64,000 nt of DNA from Eukaryota sp. TZLM1-RC. Taxonomy: Eukaryota; Protista; Metamonada: BaSk clade. Location: NCBI GenBank assembly GCA_040285825.1, contig JAUPSS010000010.1:1176881-1240880 (forward strand), given 5' to 3'. Below, piece by piece: positions 58,467 through 64,000 of the stretch. Each line of letters begins with the position of its first letter. Position 1 is the stretch's first letter. Position numbers and translations under genes: made by a program. Under the pieces are notes generated by a model, which was not told where the DNA came from, searched no databases, and saw nothing but the letters and a program-made list of their open reading frames with translations.

Positions 58467-59321
58467 TCAATCCACTATAGACATCCTCCTAAACCCTGCA
58501 ACTGACCTAGAAGTCTCAAAAGTTTTCTCCAGCTCCTCAGAACTCATTGAATTGTAATTTTCCACTGAATTCCTAGTCCCAGAAAGAGTAGACACTTCCC
58601 GAGGTGCACTGACGCCAACCATAACTGAAGGTGAAGAGGGACAAGGGGAAAGGTCTCCTAATATTCTGTTAACTGTTTCATAAGAACTATCGCTTTCAGA
58701 TAAATGTCCAACCTTGCTGGTTCCGTAGCTATCTGAGGATCCAAACTGACGGGGTTTGATGGGGGTTTCAGCTCGTTGATGTACTGATACAATGTCAGTG
58801 AATGCCTTGACAGAGGCATCATCAAGAGAATAACTGCTAGTCATTGATGATAAGTTTTTCGCAGCCCGTTGTAGCTGAGTGCTGAGGTTATTGTATTCTT
58901 CCTCTTGCTCTTTAATAAATTGTTGGATTCTCGACCGCATTTCTACATATTCTTTATCCAAAAAGCTGCTAAATGTGTGTAATAGACTTTCATGAATAGA
59001 GCAGTAATCATTGGGAACCTGATTCACCATATGAGAGGGCACCTCTATCCCAAAAACCTTTGACACTGGTTCTACAGGGGTAAGTGGGTCTGTTAGGCAC
59101 TTGTAAGCGAGTAAAGACTGTGTGTACTCTACTAAAGCAAAAACTGGACCACATATTCTGCAGATATAAATAGAAAGTCTGTTATGGGGTATAAGTTGAC
59201 TTAATTCTGGGAATTTGATGACTGGATCTTTGAGATACTTGGCTGAAACGTACCCATTAAGAGCGAGACTAGTTATATTTTCAACATCAATGGAAATGTT
59301 GGAACAAGGGCACCGAAGCAT
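58467..59321 (-). CDS. Hypothetical protein with N-terminal Cys pairs and coiled coil (weakly Lobe/AKT1S1-like)
   Basis: MLRCPCSNI, CRIC, FL..E..EM..RI..F..EQ; the family guess is by eye only. Confidence 0.6.
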   Translation of the reverse strand: MLRCPCSNISIDVENITSLALNGYVSAKYLKDPVIKFPELSQLIPHNRLSIYICRICGPVFALVEYTQSLLAYKCLTDPLTPVEPVSKVFGIEVPSHMVNQVPNDYCSIHESLLHTFSSFLDKEYVEMRSRIQQFIKEQEEEYNNLSTQLQRAAKNLSSMTSSYSLDDASVKAFTDIVSVHQRAETPIKPRQFGSSDSYGTSKVGHLSESDSSYETVNRILGDLSPCPSSPSVMVGVSAPREVSTLSGTRNSVENYNSMSSEELEKTFETSRSVAGFRRMSIVD

Positions 59322-59419
59322 CAATATATGGAGTGAATATGATCTAAAACTGTGTTTTTTGAATCTAAAATAGAAGTCTTCCCAAATTTGTCTCTGTCCG
59401 TTGAATAACATTGTTTCCA

Positions 59420-60131
59420 ATGGGATTATTGTATCGCTGTTGCTGTTCCTGTAAATCTGAAGCCACTACAAATATAACCCTTGCGCTCTTTGGAATTGAT
59501 AATGCTGGCAAGACGACTGCTTTTAACACCTTAAGAGGCGATACGCACTCAATCATCGCACCCACTGTTGGCTTTGATACTGGCTCTTTTTTACATAAAC
59601 GAACTACCTCAATTACATTATTTGATGTGGGGGGAGGTCCTAAAATTCGTGATATATGGCAACATTATTACCCAGAAATACATGGTGTTTTATTTTTCAT
59701 AGATGGTTCCGATCCAGACAGACTGAATGAGGCCAAGCAGGTCCTGATGAACAGTTTAGGTGACAAACACCTAGCACACAAGCCTTTGCTCATGTATGAT
59801 CATACTGTTCAACCTTTTTAACCCTAGATTAGTCAATAAGCAGGACGTTGACTCTGCTCTTAGTGCTGAGGAAGTGGCTTCAAAATTGGAATTGAACTTA
59901 TTCAATTCAGATTTCTCGATTCTACCATCCATTGCCTTACCCACCACTCAAGGATATCCTCATCAAGAGTTATTGTTTGCTGTTGATTGGATAGTGGAGA
60001 GGGTGCTGAACAATTTTGATGAACTTGAGCTACGTATAGAGAACGAAAAGGAAGAATATTTAGCAGAGCAAAGACTAAAAAGAGCGGAAAAAAGGAAAAA
60101 GATTGAGCAAGAATTAAATAATGATAATTGA
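59420..60131 (+). CDS. ARL13: ARL13 ciliary small GTPase
   Basis: N-terminal CCC, GIDNAGKT, APTVGF, FDVGGG..IR.IW..YY, NKQD after a 34-nt intron (59794-59827), C-terminal coiled coil. Confidence 0.88.
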
Positions 60132-60752
60132 TTTCTTTGTTTTATTTTTTTTAGAATTCTTGTTTGATCAGTTTATGCAGCTTTTCTCTTAATGAAGCTT
60201 GAGAGTTTTGTTTTATTACTCTTTTTATTAAGTTTTTTGAATTAGATTTTATTATTAGCACCCTCTTATTTCATTAACTCTGTTATTTTTTTGACGTTTA
60301 AATTGTCAGTATGTCTTATGCTAAAGCTGAGTTGCTTTGAATTTATATATTATTCCATATAGACAGAAGTAATTGGATATACAAATACTATTGGATAAAT
60401 TTTAATTTGATATTCTTTCTATTTAACTAAATTATCAACATTTTGCATACGCATGATACACGTTTGGCTTTTGGAAACCTGTTTTCTTTGGTCAAACAGA
60501 CAATATTTCGAAGCAAATAGTTGATTGTAGATATTGTGTGCAGTTTTCATCAGTTAAAGAATACTAAATTGATTCAAAATAAGATATTCCAATCGAATAG
60601 TTTAAGTTTGGTCAATTTGAAAATTCAATTTTATTAATTTCTTGACTTTAGCAAACTGGGAATAGTTGAGTTGAATAAAAAAGCAAAAATTTGTATTTGC
60701 AATTTTCTTGTTTAATCTTCAAAAATAAAAAATAAAAAATAAGAAAGTAAAA

Positions 60753-61700
60753 TTATTGATCCTTCTTTTTCTTCAAATCTTCCTTCAAAATACCAAACAC
60801 GGTATTCATTTCTTGAGCATAATCTACACGCTCACCATACGGGAAAAACACTTTAGCCACTTTTGTTACAATATTTGAACCTTCAGAAACCCCCCAAAAA
60901 ATATTCCAATTGACTTTCCGTGGAACATTTTTGTTAAATGGATCGTAAACATTAGGGTGTTCCTTCCGTATGTTTTTCATAATCATGTCATCATACGTCG
61001 TACTGTTCGTCAGCGCATACTTGAGATGAGAGAACAAAAGAGGAGCCAGAGCAATCAAGCTCGCAAGACAAAGAGCTCCTGAAAGAACAATCATTTTGGG
61101 CAACAAACCACCATAAACGAAATACTTTGTTTTAATTAACGAAAGAACGACAGGATAGTGGGAGATACAGGCAACGATGGCTCCTAAATATATACAAAGA
61201 AGAAAAGACAGGAAGCAATGTCGGTTCCTCCACCCTACACAAGTAGCTATAACCACACAGTGATGATCATAACTGGGTTGGCAAATGTTGCAGTACCTGC
61301 AATGATGACAACGAAACAATCTCTGCTGAGAACACTTGTCACATTTGTGGAAGAACTTTTTACTTAATGGGTCGTTCAACAGTTTCTTCAACTCTTTCCT
61401 GTGAGTTTTCAGAAGCTGGCTGATTTTACCAGGACCTTTCCAGACAGTTAGGGTTAGGTTTATGAAAGCAAGTATTCCAAAAAGTAAAGAGACAAGCGCA
61501 CACATGGCAAAAAAAGCCTGCTGCCGGATATAGTGAATTCTACTCAAATAAAAACATATAATGATGATAAAGCCTAAGAGGAAAAACAAAGTAGCAAGAA
61601 TAACCTTCTCAAGTGCTAGTCGAACCTTGAACAAAAGGCTTTTGAGAGAAGTGAATAACATGATGAGTGCAAGACTGAAGAAAGCAATTGTAATGTTCAA
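60753..61700 (-). CDS. DHHC palmitoyltransferase
   Basis: C..C...R..RCHHC..C..C...YDHHC..IATCVG..N, NSTTYD, four TM helices; exact start uncertain. Confidence 0.9.
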   Translation of the reverse strand: MNITIAFFSLALIMLFTSLKSLLFKVRLALEKVILATLFFLLGFIIIICFYLSRIHYIRQQAFFAMCALVSLLFGILAFINLTLTVWKGPGKISQLLKTHRKELKKLLNDPLSKKFFHKCDKCSQQRLFRCHHCRYCNICQPSYDHHCVVIATCVGWRNRHCFLSFLLCIYLGAIVACISHYPVVLSLIKTKYFVYGGLLPKMIVLSGALCLASLIALAPLLFSHLKYALTNSTTYDDMIMKNIRKEHPNVYDPFNKNVPRKVNWNIFWGVSEGSNIVTKVAKVFFPYGERVDYAQEMNTVFGILKEDLKKKKDQ

Positions 61701-62662
61701 ATTCGTTGCAATAAGTTTCTACCTCTTCTTTCCTCCTCTTTTTTCTGAATGCCCTTTACATTTGACATGCTTTTAAATACACCATGTGACTTCCGTACAC
61801 TCAATGTACGTGCTTCCGAGGACACCAAGGTCAGAGCTGCTTGGACCTGCTTGCAAGTATATGATTGAAGTTTAAATTAAACCCAAATCTGATCATGGTA
61901 AATTGATTCTGTTTCCTTACATCGAATTCCATCATTCGGTCCATTTTTTGAGAAATAATATTCAATTTATAAAACAATTGTTTCGAGATTTCATCATCAT
62001 TGCCTAAAAACCAACCAATTTTTCAATAGCATCAGTTGTTTTATATAAAACAAAGTAACCCAAATTGTTTAATCAAAAATATTATTTCCAGTTCTAAAAT
62101 GAAATTTAATACAAGTTATTTAAACGTCAATTCATTTTACATCAAAGAAAGATCGGCTTGTGAACATATTAAGTCGCAATTAATTACCAATCGTTGTTTC
62201 CTAGTAATATTCAGATAAGTTTGTTTCAATTGCTGGAATACAGAGTTTACAACCAAGTTCGTTATCCACCAGAATGACAGTATTCAACTGGTGACCAGGC
62301 ATATCAGCAAAGTTATTGTTCAAATATCTTTTTGTATTCCAGGGTGTATGCCCTTGTTGAAAATCCCTAACGTTGTAACGACGTAAATCATAGACTCTTG
62401 GAATGTCTTGATTTAAGTTTATTGCTGTGAAGGGAAGTTCAATGGTTCAGCGAGACTGGATTGGGACCTTTTATGACTGTGGATTTATGAAAGGCATTTC
62501 AGTCTTTGTTTGTTGTTAAAGGAGGAATCCATAGCCTTGAATCAGTTTATTCTACACTGTTTCAAATTGAAATTCACAATTATATTTCAACAGTAGAACT
62601 CGAATTTTTTTCAGAAAATTGTAACCATCATAGAATTTCATTCAAATTTAGAATATTCATTC

Positions 62663-63100
62663 ATGTAATGTTGCAAATGATACTTTGGTTCACAGAAGAA
62701 AACTTTATCCTGTGGCTGCTCTGGATTTTAAAGCAAACGATAAACATAGAAAATATGATAAAGAAATTGAAGAGGCAAATGTCGATGAAAATACATAGCT
62801 GGTTTTTATTGCTTTCCCATTTTCGATAAATGGAAGATTATCAGTTGAAGCAGAAACTTTTTTAGACGACTTCCAAAAAATGGTGCAAGAAAAAACAATG
62901 AACAGATTTGATATTTTTTTATGGCGTTCACGGATTCAATTTGCCATTATTAATAGATTACCGCGGTTTTTCAATCGAATAAGAGAAGCTTTAGCTAGAC
63001 AGCAAGCAGATCAAGATTTTGTAGAGGAAATCTTGATTCAATGATAGTCGTCCCATTAGTATTGAGTTAATTTAATTAAGTGTGCAAATTCAATAAATAT
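62663..63100 (+). mobile_element. 3' fragment of RLE retrotransposon, family B
   Basis: Highly similar to the reverse complement of 47160-47600 and to 40964-41268. Confidence 0.85.
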
Positions 63101-63240
63101 AGTAATATTCATTCCAAAAAAAACTCATCTTTCAGGAAAAAGATGCACTTGGAAAACACGCATTTTGTCAGGGTTGCAACTCTGACAAATTCGACTCACC
63201 GACATCACCCTACCTTCAACCCCCAACCCTGGTCTACCTC

Positions 63241-64000
63241 ATGACCGAAGAAGACAAAGAGATTTATACTTATGAATCTGAACGTCCAGTCTATGGATGT
63301 TCGTGGAGCACTTCCAAAAACACCCCTCTTCGCTTAGCAGTTACTTCTTTTGTGGAAGAGTACAGTAATGATATACAGGTAATTCAGCTTGATTCTAAAG
63401 TCCAAGAGTATGCTCTTTCTACCCTCTCACCTTTTAGGTTCGTCAAAGCTGCAAGTATCACTCACCCCTACCCAGCCACTAAAGTAATGTGGGGCCCAGA
63501 AGCAACGTCTCAATCTCAGGGAAATTCTCGTACAGAATTTCTGGCTTCTTCTGGAGACTACCTACGGGTGCATCAAGTTATTACAGATGAAAACAACTGT
63601 GTTCGTACTGAGCAATTATGTCTTTTAAACAGTGTTTGTGGCTTTACTAGTAGTTAATTCTAGAACAAATCGTCTACTTTTTGTGCTCCACTTACTTCTT
63701 TTGATTGGAACGAATCTGCTCCACATCTTCTGGGAACCTCCTCTATAGACACAACTTGCTCCATATGGGATCTCAACACACGACAGTTAAAGACACAACT
63801 CATAGCGCATGACAAGGAAGTGTTTGATTTGGCCTTTGCAAAGAGTCCAGATCTTTTTGCTTCTGTTGGCGCTGACGGTTCTGTGCGTATGTTTGACCTC
63901 AGATCACTAGGACATTCAACAATCATTTATGAAACTCCCAATACTACCCCTTTGCTTCGGCTATCATGGAATAAGCAAGACCCAAACTATCTGGCCACCA
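63241..64000 (+). CDS. DCAF7: DCAF7/WDR68 (AN11/TTG1 family) WD40 protein, runs off the window
   Basis: [65 protein letters not shown]; 30-nt introns at 63408-63437 and 63634-63663. Confidence 0.92.

Overview
Compact, gene-dense eukaryotic (flagellated protist) DNA. Host genes have very short GT-AG introns (28-34 nt) and include PDCD2-like, Myb, RACK1, Mis12-like, GH15 glucoamylase, UDP-glucose dehydrogenase, SCC3/STAG, PAK kinase, bacterial/viral-type homospermidine synthase, ARL13, DHHC and DCAF7/WDR68. The AT-rich spacers hold many 3' fragments of restriction-like-endonuclease (RLE) non-LTR retrotransposons. The main signal is three Fanzor (eukaryotic TnpB) elements from two families. Family A has two decayed copies (11701-14060 and 54179-57270). 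Its leader ORF carries a 2A/StopGo ribosome-skipping motif (DLTIDGDVEANPG|P; NVEANPG|P in the other copy) followed by a basic NLS-like stretch, upstream of the Fanzor1 coding region. Both copies end in GGGAATTWCCCA only 10-13 nt upstream of a host start codon, and both lack the RuvC-III Asp, each through a different codon. Family B (about 41500-43600) is a 651-codon frame with an intact D-E-D triad, three N-terminal stops and a clearly structured downstream omegaRNA candidate. The window also has a virus-like 3-ORF island (27.3-29.6 kb) and truncated host-gene fragments next to Fanzor left ends. All calls come from reading the sequence and recognising motifs; no searches were run.
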